Part shown: positions 12,631 through 26,474 of the stretch, piece after piece
Numbering within the stretch: the stretch's first letter is position 1
How the letters are laid out: each line of letters begins with the position of its first letter
From: Octopus vulgaris
Lineage: Eukaryota
NCBI GenBank assembly: GCA_951406725.2
Contig: OX597832.1
Span: forward strand, 57,536,001 to 57,600,000
DNA length: 64,000 nucleotides
Reading direction: 5' to 3'
Notes under the pieces: model-generated
What the model saw: the letters and a program-made list of their open reading frames with translations, nothing else
What the model was told of the DNA's origin: nothing
Database searches by the model: none
Translations under genes and position numbers: made by a program

Positions 12631-13829
12631 TTATTGTTGTTGTTGTTAATTATTTTTTTTTGTCTTCTTAATGAAATGTTGCCTGTGTGTATTCAGTGCC
12701 ATTTCTAAGATATACATTAGTATAAAAAATTGTGAAAATTAAAAAAAAAATATGAAAAGTAGCATTAAAATATAATGTAAAAAAATGTATAAGAAAATAT
12801 TTAATTTCTCAAGTTATTGGTATTTAACGCTAATTAACTGTCTTAATACATATAAGTTCATTCAACTAATGATATAATTGCCATGTGTTGTTGTCATCAT
12901 CATCATCATCATAACAACCTTGTTGTTGTTGTTGTTGTTGTTGTTGTTCTTCTTCTTCTTCTCCTCCTCCCCCTCTCTGCACTTTTATCTTGGTTCCGGT
13001 TAGCAAGTGCAATGAGAACGCACTTTTGTTAATTCTTGAAATAATCTTAAAAATAGAATCTCGCAGCTCGGTTCAACTGGGTCCTGGCCAATGGTCTTTG
13101 CTCCCACCCCCTCTGCATGGCCCATCCCCCCAACCTGCTTCCCCCCTCACCTAAACCCACCATTCCCTCACATCCTTCACCCCCCCCCACCAAACCATCT
13201 CCTTTGCTTCAATGAAAGAAAGAATGAATTGTTTAGAAAACACATCCACCCCCAACTTCATTTTTTTTTAACCTCCTCCCCTCCTAACCCCACTTCCTTT
13301 GCCCTCTCCTCTCTTCTCCCACCAAGGAAACTCCCCAAACGCCGGTTCCAACAACACCCTCCTCCCCTCCCCCTCCTCCGAAGGCTAACCTACCCTATGA
13401 ATCATTTTCCTCTTCAGTGACATACAACGAAGAGGTTGGCTTTAATGATAGCTGGTATTATTTACTGAGAAAATGCAAATTGCAGTGCAGTTCTCTATTC
13501 CGGCATAGTAGTAGTAGTAGCAGCAGCAACAGCAGTAGTAGTGGTGGTGGTGGTGGTGGTGGAGGTGGTGGTGGTGCAGTACATATGCTTCCAGCCATTA
13601 TAGTTTCCCAGGGAATTGAGGTGAAATCAGGCAGAACTTTTGGAACTGCCCTAGGCCCCCATCTTATCATTACCGTTGTTGTTGTTGTTATTATCTGTGT
13701 TATTATGTACACAAGCACATACACACACACACACGCACATACTGACACACCAACAGATTTGAGTGCACACACTCACACACACACAGGTACATACATAAAT
13801 ATATGGACACACAGATGTACATCCAGGCA

Positions 13830-13945
13830 TACATATATATATATATATATGCATATATATGTGTGTGTATACAATATATCTATATCTATATGTATGTATG
13901 TACATATATATATATACACATACACGCAGATATATATTCATACAT

Positions 13946-14014
<69 letters not shown>

Positions 14015-14043
14015 TACATTTATATATATATGTACACACAAAC

Positions 14044-14075
<32 letters not shown>

Positions 14076-14237
14076 ATGCATATGTATGTATATATATGTA
14101 TAATATATATAAGTATATATATTCATATATATACATATGTGTCTGTACATGCATAGAATATTTATATATTTATATGTATATATATATATATATGTATATA
14201 TATTTATATATAGGTATATGTATGTATATATATATAT

Positions 14238-14268
<31 letters not shown>

Positions 14269-14405
14269 GGTATATATATGTATGTTTATATATATGTATA
14301 TATATGTATGTATATATGTATATATATGTATGTATATATATATATATATATATATAGGTATATGTATATATATATATATATATGCTATATATATATGTTT
14401 GTATA

Positions 14406-14488
<83 letters not shown>

Positions 14489-14711
14489 ATATATATATGT
14501 ATATATGTATATATATATATGTATATATATGTATATATGTATATATATATGTATATATGTATATATATGTATGTATATATATGTATATATGTATATATAT
14601 GTATATATATATATGTATGTATATATATATATGTATATATGTATGTATATATATATATGTATATATGTATGTATATATATGTGTGTATATATATGTATAT
14701 ATGTGTGTATA

Positions 14712-14757
<46 letters not shown>

Positions 14758-14760
14758 TGT
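13830..14760. repeat. Compound (TA)n/(TATG)n microsatellite
   Basis: Read directly. Confidence 0.97.
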
Positions 14761-15645
14761 TCTGTTTCTCATTGAGCAATTACCAATGAATAAGAGACGA
14801 ATTTTATTTGATGAGTCAATTTTTAAATAAAGGTGAAATAAATGAATAAAGCTTTATCCACTTCTGTCTTTCTCTTTCCTTCTTTCTTGCTCTCTTCCTT
14901 TCTTCCCCACCTCTCTCTCTCTCTCTCTCTTTGTCTTTCTATCTTTCTATCTCTCAGCATTCCTTTCTTTTCTTTTCTTTTCTTTCTATATATTATATAT
15001 TTTTGGAAGCAAGTTTCTCTTGGAAAAAAAAAATTGAAGAATTTCAAACGAAAAGCAAAAAAAAAAAAAAAACCCCAAAAAAACCGATAGAAAGAAAAAA
15101 AAAGGGTTTTTATTTTTGGATAGGTAACATTAAATTGAGGAAGCACTTGGAAAAAGTTTTGGTTGGGGTGCAGCAGGGACAGGGTGGAAGTGGAAGGGGC
15201 TTGGGAGAAGTTCTTTTCATTTTTGTTTGTTGTTGTTGTTGTTGTTTTAGTAGTAGCATTTATGAAAATAGTTATTCAATAAAATGCGAGGTGGGGGTGG
15301 GGGGCGGAAATAAAAAAAAAATTTGTTGCCAGATTAGTAATCTCCCTTGTATGCAATGTAAAGATTGCAGTATGATGTCCGGAGGGAAATGCTGTACTAC
15401 GGAAGTACTAACGTGTAATTGTGTGTGTGTGTGTGTGTGTGCATGAGTTATATTTGTGTGTGTGTGTGTGTGTGTGTGCATTAGGAGGGAGTTGTGGAGG
15501 TAGGTTACATACAGAAAAGGAGTTAATAAGTGGAGAAGTATATTGATTTGCCAAGAATTAAAATGTCTTTGCATATGCATACATGCATACATACATACAT
15601 ACATACATACATACATACACATATATATATATATATATATATGTG

Positions 15646-15982
15646 AAGGTGCATGGCTCAGTGGTTAGAGCATCGAGCTTACTATCGTGAGGTTGTGAGT
15701 TCGAATCCCGGACCAGGCTGCGTGTTGTGTTCTTGAGCAAGACACTTTATTTCATGTTGCTCCAGTTCACTCAGCTTTAGAAATGAGTTGCGATGTCACT
15801 GGCGCCAAGCTGTATTGGCCCTTGCCTTTCCCTTGGATAACACTGGTGGCGTGGAGAGGGGAGGCCGGTATGCATGGGCAACTGCTGGTCTTCCATAAAC
15901 AACCTTGCCTGGATTTGTGCCTGGGAGGGTAACTTTCTAGGTGCAATCCCATGGTTAGTCATGATGACTAAAGGGGGTCTCA
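15646..15982 (+). mobile_element. tRNA-derived SINE family C, full length
   Basis: TGGCTCAGTGGTTAGAGC...GAGTTCGAATCCC head and TTGAGCAAGACACTT core. Inverted copy at 43465-43800. Confidence 0.85.
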
Positions 15983-16105
15983 GCATATATATATATCATC
16001 ATCATCATCATCATACGTCCGTTCTCCATGCTAGCATGGGTTGGACGGTTCGACCGGGGATCTGGGAAGCCAGAAGGCTGCATCAGGCTCCAGTCTTATC
16101 TGGCA

Positions 16106-16322
16106 ATATATAAAATATGAATTAGATAAAACCACTGTTAGGCAACTCAAACAGTGATAGACATAAACCAATAGTTTATATATATAAAATTTATATATAT
16201 TTATATATATTATATATTATATTAATTGTATTTATATTATTTGTTACTTATGTATTGGTTTATGTCTATCACTGTTTGAGTTGCCTAATAGTGGTTTTAT
16301 CTCTAATTCATATTTTATATAT
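16106..16322. repeat. ~68-bp near-perfect inverted repeat with an AT-rich spacer
   Basis: Arms 16106-16173 and 16253-16322 differ by one G-T wobble and a 2-nt bulge. Confidence 0.93.
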
Positions 16323-17421
16323 ATTTATACTGTGAAATTTGATTTAATACTAAATCTAATTTTTCCCTTAAGTTTGGAGCCATACTCCCTAATATTATTA
16401 TATATATATACACACACACACATATATATATGTGTGTGTGTGTCTATATATTTGTTACATGAGTGTGTATTTGTCCTTGTATCCATGTGTATGCATGTTT
16501 ATATACTATTTGAACATTTTTCCATTTACGAGAGACATTAACTGACTAGCCAAGCCAATGTGAGTTAAGCAGGTGAATGAAACAATATTCATAGGGGAAA
16601 CAACAGAGGATAGGGGCTTTCCATGATGGTAGTATAGCCATAAGCTTTATGGTTCCTCCATGACAGGAATGTAGCAAACTAAATGAATGAAACTTCTAAA
16701 AGGAAACAGACAAACATTTAACAAAATAACTTAAGAGGACAGGGTTTTTATAGACATAAATATTGCAAGGATTTGGTTGAAATTGGCTGATTTGGAACAA
16801 TGATCATTGGTGTGTATTTGAAATGTGGTTTTTGTCACCTGTTGTCATGTCATTCTACCTACCCCGGTAGGGTGAATACAGTTTGGTTGATTGCATTTAA
16901 GTGGAGTTTTCACACGTATTTCACAAGACATTGATTCCTAGGCATCGATTTACTGTCTCAGATATGAATTTGTACCTCATTTAGTCTCTCTGTACCTTGG
17001 AAGGTGCATGACTCCAGTCAATAAATAATTCTGAGACATACCGTCATCTGCTCCATTTAAGGTTTTTGCAAAGCCCCCCAAATTTATGTAAGTATGGAGT
17101 TGTGTGATAATCTGTGTGTATGTAATATTTGCATTCAAACATGTATTTCTGTTGAAATATAGGGAGAAAATAAAGCATAAATATATATTTAACCAACGGG
17201 AGGCACAGAAGTGGCTGGTGCTTACCAACCACATGGTTTCCGGTTCAGTCCCACTGCGTGACACCTTAAGCAAGTGTTTTCTACTTTAGCCTCAGGCTGA
17301 TCAAAGCCTTGTGAGTGGATTTGGTAGATGGAAACTGAAAGAAGCCCATCATGTATATATATATATATATATATGTGTGTGTATATATATGTATGTAAGA
17401 GACCAAAGTGTATGTACGCTG

Positions 17422-17461
<40 letters not shown>

Positions 17462-17544
17462 ATGCAAAATGGGACAAGAACGCAAAACACCCAGACAGCT
17501 ACTTGATACAAGAAAGGGACAACAAAACATCCAGATAGACAATG

Positions 17545-17715
17545 AGTTGATTACATTGACCCCAGTGTTTAACTGGTTCTTATTTTATTGACCCTGAATG
17601 GATGAAAGGCATAGTTGACCTTGGTGGAATTTGAACTCAGATCATAGCAATGGGTCAAATACTGCTAAGCATTTCGTCCAGTGTGCTAACAATTCTGCCA
17701 GCTTGCCACCCTTAC

Positions 17716-17749
<34 letters not shown>

Positions 17750-18165
17750 TATAATCCCTTCTGCTATAGACTCAAGGTCTGAAATTTTTGGGGAGGGGAC
17801 TAGTCGACAACATCGACCCCGGTGTTTCACTGGTACTTAATTTATTGACCCCGAAAGGATGAAAGGCAAAGTGGACCTCAGCAGAACTTGAACTTAGAAC
17901 ATAGCAATGAGTGAAATACTGCTAAGCATTCCATCCAGTGTGCTAACAATTCTGATTTCTTTATTGCTCACAAGGGGCTAAACATAGAGGGGACAAACAA
18001 GGACAGACAAAGGGATTAAGTTGATTACATCGACCCCAGCGCATAACTGGTACTTAATTTATCGACCATGAAATGATGAAAGGCAAAGTCGACCTCGGTG
18101 GATTTGAACTTAGAATTTAATGGCAGACGAAATACCGCTAAGCATTTCGCCCAGCTTGCCGCCTC
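17545..18165 (-). mobile_element. Cluster of three SINE family B copies
   Basis: Three occurrences of GGATGAAAGGCAAAGTCGACCTC...TTTGAACT...GCTAAGCATTTC. Confidence 0.85.
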
Positions 18166-18176
18166 TTCTAATAATG

Positions 18177-18207
<31 letters not shown>

Positions 18208-18655
18208 GTCTAACTGTATACCAAGCAGAAAATAAAATCTGTATATTGTATACTGAGAAAAATGTGAACAATAAATTTTTCTCGTACCCTTCTCTTTGGT
18301 TTCATGGTTCCAACTGTTGTAAAAGAAAAAAAAAAAGAAGACAAAATCAAAAAAAAATTAAAAATAAAAATAAAACCACAAATCTGATCAAAAAAAAAAA
18401 GGAAAAATAAGGAAGCCAAAAAAAAAAAAAAAAAAGACATATTGATCTCATTCCACACCATTTCCTTTTCTGATCAATACTTTATTGCTTTACTGATTAG
18501 GTTATGTCCACCTAGGTTAACACACTAAACTAATAACTGCACCAAGGATTGACGCTGTTTTCTTCTTACTGTAGTCTTTTATTTATTTACATTGATATCA
18601 TGCTTCATTTGTTTGCCGGCTTTTCTTTCCATAGTTATCACCACTTACCATTTTC

Positions 18656-18718
<63 letters not shown>

Positions 18719-19364
18719 GTTTATTTATTTTTTTATAGTGCTCCCTTGAATGAAACCATTTCACAAGAGTTCCGATCATAAGAAAATAAATGGGGTTGGA
18801 AGGGAGATAAGCAAAGACATTTTCAACCTGTCTTTGTTAGTCAGTTGGGTTTATTTGTCTATTTGTATATTTACTTGTTTGTTTGTTTGTTTTTTATTTT
18901 GCTTGTTTGTATGTATATCTATGACCTAGTTTTAAGGGTCATTTTTTTTTTCGTATTTTTGTGCGTGTTGGTAGGAGCAAAAGGGGCTTTATTTATTAAA
19001 TTTCCAGGCCAGGAACTTGGTGGTTTGTGTAGCAAAGCTTTAACATTTATCATTTAGCCATAATGCTTTTGTGCGATTGGGAATTCTTGCATTGTGTTGA
19101 GTTGTCAAGAAACAATTTTGGGAAATCTTTTCCCCCCCCGCAAAAAAAAAACCCCAAAAAACACTAAAAATATATAAAGCAATGAAACAAAGATATCAGG
19201 GTGGCGTTGGTGGTGTGTTGGTGAAAGAACCCCAAAAGAAAATGATGTACTTATGTGAACCTTTGTATGTTTTTGACTTGTTTATCATATCTTGAAGTCG
19301 ACTTGTTGTTTATAATGGAACCTTTTCAGATTTTTCTTGACAAAAATAACCTTTTCATTTCCAG

Positions 19365-19429
19365 TAATTCATCTATTTGAAGTCAGTACCGGTAAACCAG
19401 TGGGGGATGGAAAACCAATTTGCCATAAG
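19365..19429 (+). CDS. IFT80: Intraflagellar transport protein 80, internal coding exon
   Basis: Acceptor cttttcatttccAG, donor AAG|GTTGGT. Phase-1 start. Encodes xIHLFEVSTGKPVGDGKPICHK, matching from memory the vertebrate IFT80 segment [21 protein letters not shown]. Ends phase 0, compatible with the next exon. Confidence 0.88.
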
Positions 19430-19982
19430 GTTGGTGATTTCATATTAGCTGTGTTTATATACATACACACACACACACAGACATATATACATGCATATAC
19501 ACATGCACACACACGCACACATATATACACATGATCACACACATACATATAATTATATATATGTACATATATACATATACATGTATACATACATATATAT
19601 ATATCATTATATATACATATTCATATGTATATATGTGTGTGTGTGTATGTATGTATATATATTATTATATATATCGGTGTTGAATGGTTTTGTTTTTCTT
19701 CTTTTTTTTTCTAATTATATGTATGTGGGTAATTAAGATTCAATAACATTCTGAAATTGTATTTCCTCTAATGTGTTCTTGAAATATGTAGGCTGTATTC
19801 TTCTCTCTCCCTCTCTCTCTCTCTCTCCCCCCTCTCTCTCTTCCCATCTTTCTTTCCTTTTCCCTTTTTTCTTTTCTGTTTTCTTTCCTTTATTATTTTT
19901 TTCCCTTTTTTGATAATTGCCTATTTGGTTTTGAAGTTCTGGTTCTCAGACATTCTTCGATTTCTTTCTATTTTTTTTTTTT

Positions 19983-20025
<43 letters not shown>

Positions 20026-20300
20026 AATGGTGTAATTGGAAGCATTTATCATATTTGGATAATTCAAACGACATGAATATTATTATAAAAGCATCATGGC
20101 ATGATGGAAAAATCTGTTTTATATCTGATTACATTCACGGCCTATCAACAGAAACGATATGCGAATTTGAAATCATGAAATCATTATTATTATTATTACC
20201 ACATCTATTATTATTATTATTATTATTATCGTTATTATTATCATTATTATTATCGTTATTATTATCGTTATTATTATCGTTATTATTATCGTTATTATTA

Positions 20301-20379
<79 letters not shown>

Positions 20380-20768
20380 CGATATCGACCTCTCTACCAC
20401 CACAGCTTTATTCTCCATCAACTCATAAACTAAATCAACATGTAATATTCAATTTTTACAAAATATTTCATTGTGTTAATCTTTCACTGCAGCAATTATT
20501 TACATATTTTCCACCAGAATTCTGACGATTTCTGAAATTTCACTGTTTATTCCATCGAATAAACAGGTTTTCGTCTCTAGTTTCTCTTTTGTTTTGTTTT
20601 GTTTTTTTGTTTTTTGTTGTTGATTTTACTCTGTTCTAAAAAAGAAGGACGTACCAACTGCTGCAACTTTTTTTTTTTTTTTCCTGTTCTGGCTAAATGG
20701 TTTGGAAGCCAGAAAGAATGGTGCAACCATTTCTGTAGATACGGAAAGATACTCCTCTATTCCCCCCA

Positions 20769-21711
20769 CTCTCTCTTCCTGCTTCCTCTCTCTTGCTCTC
20801 TGCCTTTGTCTCTCTGCTTCTCTCTCTCTTTCTGCTCCCTTTCTCTGCTTCTCTCTCTCTTTCTGCTCCCTCTCTCTTGCTCTCTGCCTATCTCTCTCTC
20901 TCTTGCTCTCTGCCTCTCTCTCTCTCTCTCTCTTACTCTCTGCTTCTCTCTCTCTCTCTTGCTCGCTGCCTCTCTCTCTCTTCCTCTTCCCTCTCTCTTG
21001 CTCTCTACCTCTCTCTCTTGCTCTCTGCTTCTCTCTCTCTCTTGCTCGCCGCCTCTCTCTCTTCCTCTTCCCTCTCTCTTGCTCACTACCTCTCTCTCTT
21101 GCTCTCTGCTTCTCTCTCTCTTGCTTGCTGCCTCTCTCTCTCTTCCTCTTCCCTCTCTCTTGCTCTCTACCTCTCTCTCTTGCTCTCTGCTTCTCTCTCT
21201 CTCTCTCTCTTGCTCGCTGCCTCTCTCTCTCTTCCTCTACCCTCTCTCTTGCTCTCTACCTCTCTCTCTTGCTCTCAGCTTCTCTCTCTCTCTTCATGCT
21301 CCCTCTCTTTTGCTCTCTGCCTCTCTCTCTCCCTGTATGTGTGCGTCTGTGCTCTATGCGTATCTCTCGCTCTCACTTTTGCTTGCTCGTTGTCTGTTTT
21401 GTCTTTCTCTCTCTTTTATTGTTTCTCTCTGTTTCCCCCTCTCTTACTCTCCGTGTTTCTCTCTCTTTCTGTCTTTCTCACAATCTCTCTTTCTCTTTCT
21501 CTCCTGCTCTTTCTGTTTCTGTCTGTGTATTTGTCTATCTGTCTCTCCCCCTCTCACTCTCTCTCCCCTCATTCTCTGTCTCTCTTACTACATCTGTGTC
21601 TGTCTCTCTCACTCTACCTCTCTTTCTTTCTTTTTCTTCATCACTGTCTCATTCTCTGTCCCAGTCTCTCTGCTTCCTCTCCCTCTCCCTCTTTCTGTGC
21701 CATTCTGTCTA

Positions 21712-21744
<33 letters not shown>

Positions 21745-21830
21745 GTTTCTTTGATTCTTTGTCTCTCTCTTTCTCTGTGCGTCTGTCTTGGTCTCCCTGT
21801 TTCTCTCTTGCTCCTTAAATATCTCTCAAG
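20769..21830. repeat. ~1.05-kb CT-rich polypyrimidine minisatellite
   Basis: Units such as ctctctcttgctctct(a/g)c and cttcctcttcc in higher-order repetition. Explains ORFs 20599..22047, 20702..21754 and 20793..21818. Confidence 0.95.
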
Positions 21831-22155
21831 CTGTCAAAAGAACCTTCTCACCTTCTCCTGTCAGCACCAGGTGTGTTTTATGTTTAATGAATTAACAGAT
21901 TACCTGTTGCCACATGACTCCATGAAGAGATTTCCTGAACACATGTTGCATCTTAAAACTGTTGTTACAGTCACCTTACCTCTGAAACATAATGTATACA
22001 ATAGGATGTATTGCACGTTATGTGAAGGCACATGGCTCAGTGGTTAGAGCGTCAGGCTCACAATCATGAGATAGTGAGTTCGATTCCCAAACTGGGCTGT
22101 GTGTTGTGTTCTTGAGCAAGACACTTTATATGTTTTGCTCACATAGCATATATAA

Positions 22156-22237
<82 letters not shown>

Positions 22238-22659
22238 TTATACGATGGGCTTCTTTTAGTTTCCATCTACCAAATCCATTCATAAGGCTTTGGTCGGCCC
22301 AAGGCCATAGTGGAAGACCCTTGCCCATGGTACCATGTGGTGGGACTGAATCCAGAGCCATGTGGTTGGGAAGCAAGCTTCTTACCACACAGCCACTCCA
22401 TCAATGTCATTTATGAGTTGCTACTTATGACAGAAAGAAGATTAGAAGTCACCATCACCATCAACGTTTAATGTCCATCTTCTATGCTGGCATGGTTGGA
22501 CAGTACCACAAGAGCCACAGTGCTTAAATTTTTTCTGTTTCAAAATACCTTTTTTTGTAGTTTTACATTTTGCTAGACGGTTGCTATAGTTCCATAGATT
22601 CTGGAGATTTGACAACTTTTAGCTAATTACCTAAATATTGCAGCATATATTTGGGCTGG

Positions 22660-23148
22660 TTTAACACTTTTGGCATTTAAACCAGTCATATCTGGCCAAA
22701 ATATTCTACCTGTCTAATCTTCAGATCAGCCAGAGCTGGACTCTCACACCTACCCTACAGTGTCATTTTGAAAATAAGCAATCAGCGCCGCCCTGACTGG
22801 CCTTCGTGCCGGTAGCATGTAAAAAGCACCATCCGATCATGGCTGTTTGTCAGCCTTGTCTGGCACCTCTGCCAGTGGCACGTAAAAAGCACCCACTACA
22901 CTCATGGAGTGGTTGGCATTAGGAAGGGCATCCAGCCGTAGAAGCATTGCCAGATCAGACTAGGTCTGGTGCAGCCTTCTGGCTTCCCAGACCCCAGTTG
23001 AACCATCCAACCCATGCCAGCATGGAAAGCGGATGCTAAACGATGATGATGGAATATGCAGAGCTTCGAGACAATACATGATCAATTCAAAATAATGTGA
23101 ACAAATAAACATCACATTTGACAAAGTGATCTGAATGCTAAAGGGTTG
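22660..23148. mobile_element. piggyBac-type MITE with a nested RTE tail (about 22785-23050)
   Basis: TTAACACTTTTGGC...GCTAAAGGGTTGA termini. Related copies at 31630-31812 and 47357-48050. Confidence 0.65.
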
Positions 23149-25682
23149 AACAAGGTTTACAGTTTCTCATCTCCTGCTGCCTTCCTTCAGTGTCTGGTAT
23201 CCATAGCACCAGAGGAAGACACTGGTTTTGGTATTTACACTTTATAGTATTCACTGGGTCCGTTCTATGATGCCAGTGGCACTAGAGAGGTTGTTGAAAG
23301 TAGGAGCAAAGACTTTCCTCAACCTTATCCCATGGTCACATGTTTGTCCAGGACCACTGGATGTTATACATCACTGGTCACCATGCGCTTTGCATCATTT
23401 TCGTTTTCAGATGATGCCACCCTGTTGGCGAGGCAAGCAGGCCTATCTGAAGACTATATCCTCAATATCATTGCAGGGTGTACCCATTTACAGCTGAGTG
23501 GACTGGAGCAATGTGAAATGAAGTGTTTTGCTCACGAACACAATGTGCTGCTTGGTCTGGGAATTGAACTCATGATCAAGCAATTGTGTCTGCAACACCT
23601 TAACCATTAGGCCATATCAGGTTTTTATTAGTCTTCTAGATGGTTACCAGTATTGTTGCGTGCTATATAGCTTTTAGTTCCCTGTAACTTGTAAGTAACC
23701 CCACTCTTTTCATTTTTTTGTTTCCTCTCCTTTTTCTGTTTCAGACAGGATAGCCTTGTATCTCCTCTACAGCAAAAATAAAACCCTGTTTCTGTCCCTC
23801 TATCATACTTTAACCTCTCGTCATTTGGTATGAAACCACCTCCCTTAATACTGCTTCCTTTTTCAGCCAAGGGGGTTTTGTCTTGTGACCTTGCTGGTAC
23901 AGGTGCCACATAAAAATCACACCATCCACTCTGTAAAATGATTGGCATTCAGAAATGCATCTGGCTGTAGAAACCATTCTGTAGCTGACAGTGGGGCATG
24001 GCACGGTCCTCTGGCTCTCTAGCTCCTATCAAACCATCCAACCCATGCCAGCATGGAAAACAGGCAATAAATTGTAATGATGACGACAATGATGTCTGAC
24101 TTTTTTGTATTTATTTTGCTAAATTTTATATTTAGAAATCTAATCTAACTTTTATATCTGGCAATCTAATCTTTGAGGTATAAATTTTGATATTGGCTCG
24201 AGATATCATGTTTACTTGATGAAATTCTTCAACCTGAATCAGAGAACTGTTATTATTTCTGTGGACATTTCTCTATATTAATATGTCTGATTAGCTTTCA
24301 TATTCACGGATGTCTGCTTGTTGCACATAAATTTCAATTTGAATAAATATAGCAATAATTGTTTCTTCATTATTTGACCAGTGTCTTTATACTGTGTTTT
24401 GTGCTTTCTTTTTGCTGAGAAAAATCTAACTCGGTCTGATGTCAGACAAACAAAAACAAAACAAAACAAAAAAAAACTCCCCCTCAAAAAACACCCCCCC
24501 CCCCCAAAGAAAAAAACAAAACAATAAAAGAACAAAAAAAGCAAAGCAATAAAAGAACAAAAAAAAAAACAAAATCAGAAACAAAACAATACAAAAAAAA
24601 TAACAAAGCGCAAACAATTTATCTGTCAACAAATATAACTTTACTGCCTTGTCTTACCATATTTTGGTATTAACAGTGCTTGGATGCTGTTAGTAGTGTG
24701 CATAGCATTTAACAACGTACTTTTCTTGTTCATTTCCTCCTCCTATCTCGGCTTCAGCGTTCTAAGTGTAGAACCAATCGGTTTTCTGTCATTCTACGAC
24801 TATCTGACTAATATAAAGGCTGTTTTCATTGTCGTTCCGAGGGGAATTGGATAGTGCTAGAATTCTGCAGCAAATTTCCATTACAATAATGGAATTTTCT
24901 AAAAGTGTTTCTTATTAATTGATAGATTTATTGCATTAGTAAAGATACTTTATTCTGCACACTTTATTTTCTATGATACCAGCTCCGAACAGAACAAAAA
25001 ATAAAAAAACAACTAATGTAATTTGGACTAATTTATTGATATTAAAAAAAAGAAAGAAAAAAAGAACTAATCTTTTAAATTCAGCTCTTGTTCTTTCCAC
25101 TATGTATTTTTTTTATTTATTTGAAGTTGTATTCAGCATTTTTTTATTTATTTATTTTTTTTTTTAGCTAATTTGAAAATGCATTTTTACTAGAATTTTC
25201 GGTCCTTGTGGTACTCTTAACAACACGCTGTAGTCACGGCTTTTCTTTACTTCTGATTTTTCTTGTACCAGTAACGTTTGGCTGTTTTTGAAGTGAAGAA
25301 GCACCAAAGAAAAATAAACTGATTTATTTTATGATAATGAATAAAAGTTGTCAGGCATAGGCTTGGCTGCGTGGTAAGCAGTTTGCTTTCCAACCACATG
25401 CATGGCACCTTGGGCAAGTGTCTTCTACCATAACACTAGGCCAAGCAAAAACTTGTGAGTAGATTTGGTAGACAGCAACTGAAAGAAGCTATAATGAGAA
25501 ACTAGGAAAGGATTATTTTAGGGAGAGAGATTACAATTTGGAAGTTATCTGAAGAATTAATATAAATAATTACAGTTTATGAAAGTATATATTAGTGATG
25601 ATGTGGGTTAAATGAATGAATGAAGCAATTAAAAATGAGAGAAATTCTTAGCTTAGCTGTGCATGTATATATATATATATAT

Positions 25683-26008
25683 TTAAAGGCCAATGATATG
25701 CAGGAGACTGATTGGAAGAGCATTGCTTGTCATCGCCAAAGATGGAGGAGTCAGGCTAAGGAGGGGGTCGGCACTTTTGAGAGAGCACATATTCTGCATA
25801 AAGAACTTAAGCATGCTACGCGAAAGTACACTGCTGGTGTAGTGAATGGGGAAAGCTTGGTCTGCAATGTTTGCTGTCGTGTATGCTTGTCAAGAGCCGT
25901 GCTCATTAGCCACCAACGGAGCCGCAAATGCAAAATATAAGTTAGTCTGAGAGCGCACAGTGTTCCAGAAGGTCAACAATAGTCTTTCTCGGTCACAAGT
26001 GGATGGCT
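25683..26008 (+). mobile_element. 3' end of an RTE/BovB-like LINE with a C-terminal C2H2 finger
   Basis: LKANDMQETDWKSIACHRQRWRSQAKEG...CNVCCRVCLSRAVLISHQR matches the W...A.DR..WR and C..C.R.C.SR.GL.SH.R motifs of BovB-type ORFs. Confidence 0.8.
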
Positions 26009-26044
26009 ATCATATATATATATATATGTATACATATGTATATA

Positions 26045-26139
26045 TATAATCAAAATAAGCAACAAGGATATCCAGTGGTAATGCGGTACAATCGTTTCAT
26101 GCGACTCCATTTATATCCTTGTTGCTTATTTTGATTATA
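26045..26139. repeat. Perfect 27-bp inverted repeat with a 41-nt loop
   Basis: TATAATCAAAATAAGCAACAAGGATAT (26045-26071) and ATATCCTTGTTGCTTATTTTGATTATA (26113-26139). Confidence 0.95.
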
Positions 26140-26233
26140 ATCACCCCATTTTGAATTATAAGGATAATACCATGCTAAATTCTGGTTCCTTTAACTTAAG
26201 TACCATATTCATCTGAATCTAAATTTTACTATA

Positions 26234-26296
<63 letters not shown>

Positions 26297-26474
26297 GTAA
26301 AAAGTAAGCAGCAAATGAATAAACAGACAACATGCATATTGCAGCTCATGTCAAACATGACAACACACTCATACTGAGTGAATTGAAACCATCAGCATTT
26401 GTTAGTTTTAAAGAAGAAGCGATGGATATTGTAGCATGGAAATCTAGATTTACTAACGGAGACAGCAACTGAGT

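Noticed and set aside
12972-13016. TGCACTT...AAGTGCA hairpin as a pre-miRNA
   Set aside because: Only ~45 nt with a 7-bp core stem, and no recognised mature miRNA.
13418-13454. Possible + strand exon TYNEEVGFNDS
   Set aside because: Not IFT80-like, would shift the frame, and has a weak donor.
15646-15720. tRNA-like sequences at SINE heads (also 11740, 59954, 60878)
   Set aside because: They continue into SINE cores and lack a complete cloverleaf and terminator, so they are not tRNA genes.
20599-22047. 482-aa Leu/Ser-rich ORF
   Set aside because: Product of the CT minisatellite. All three + frames are open and no domain is recognisable.
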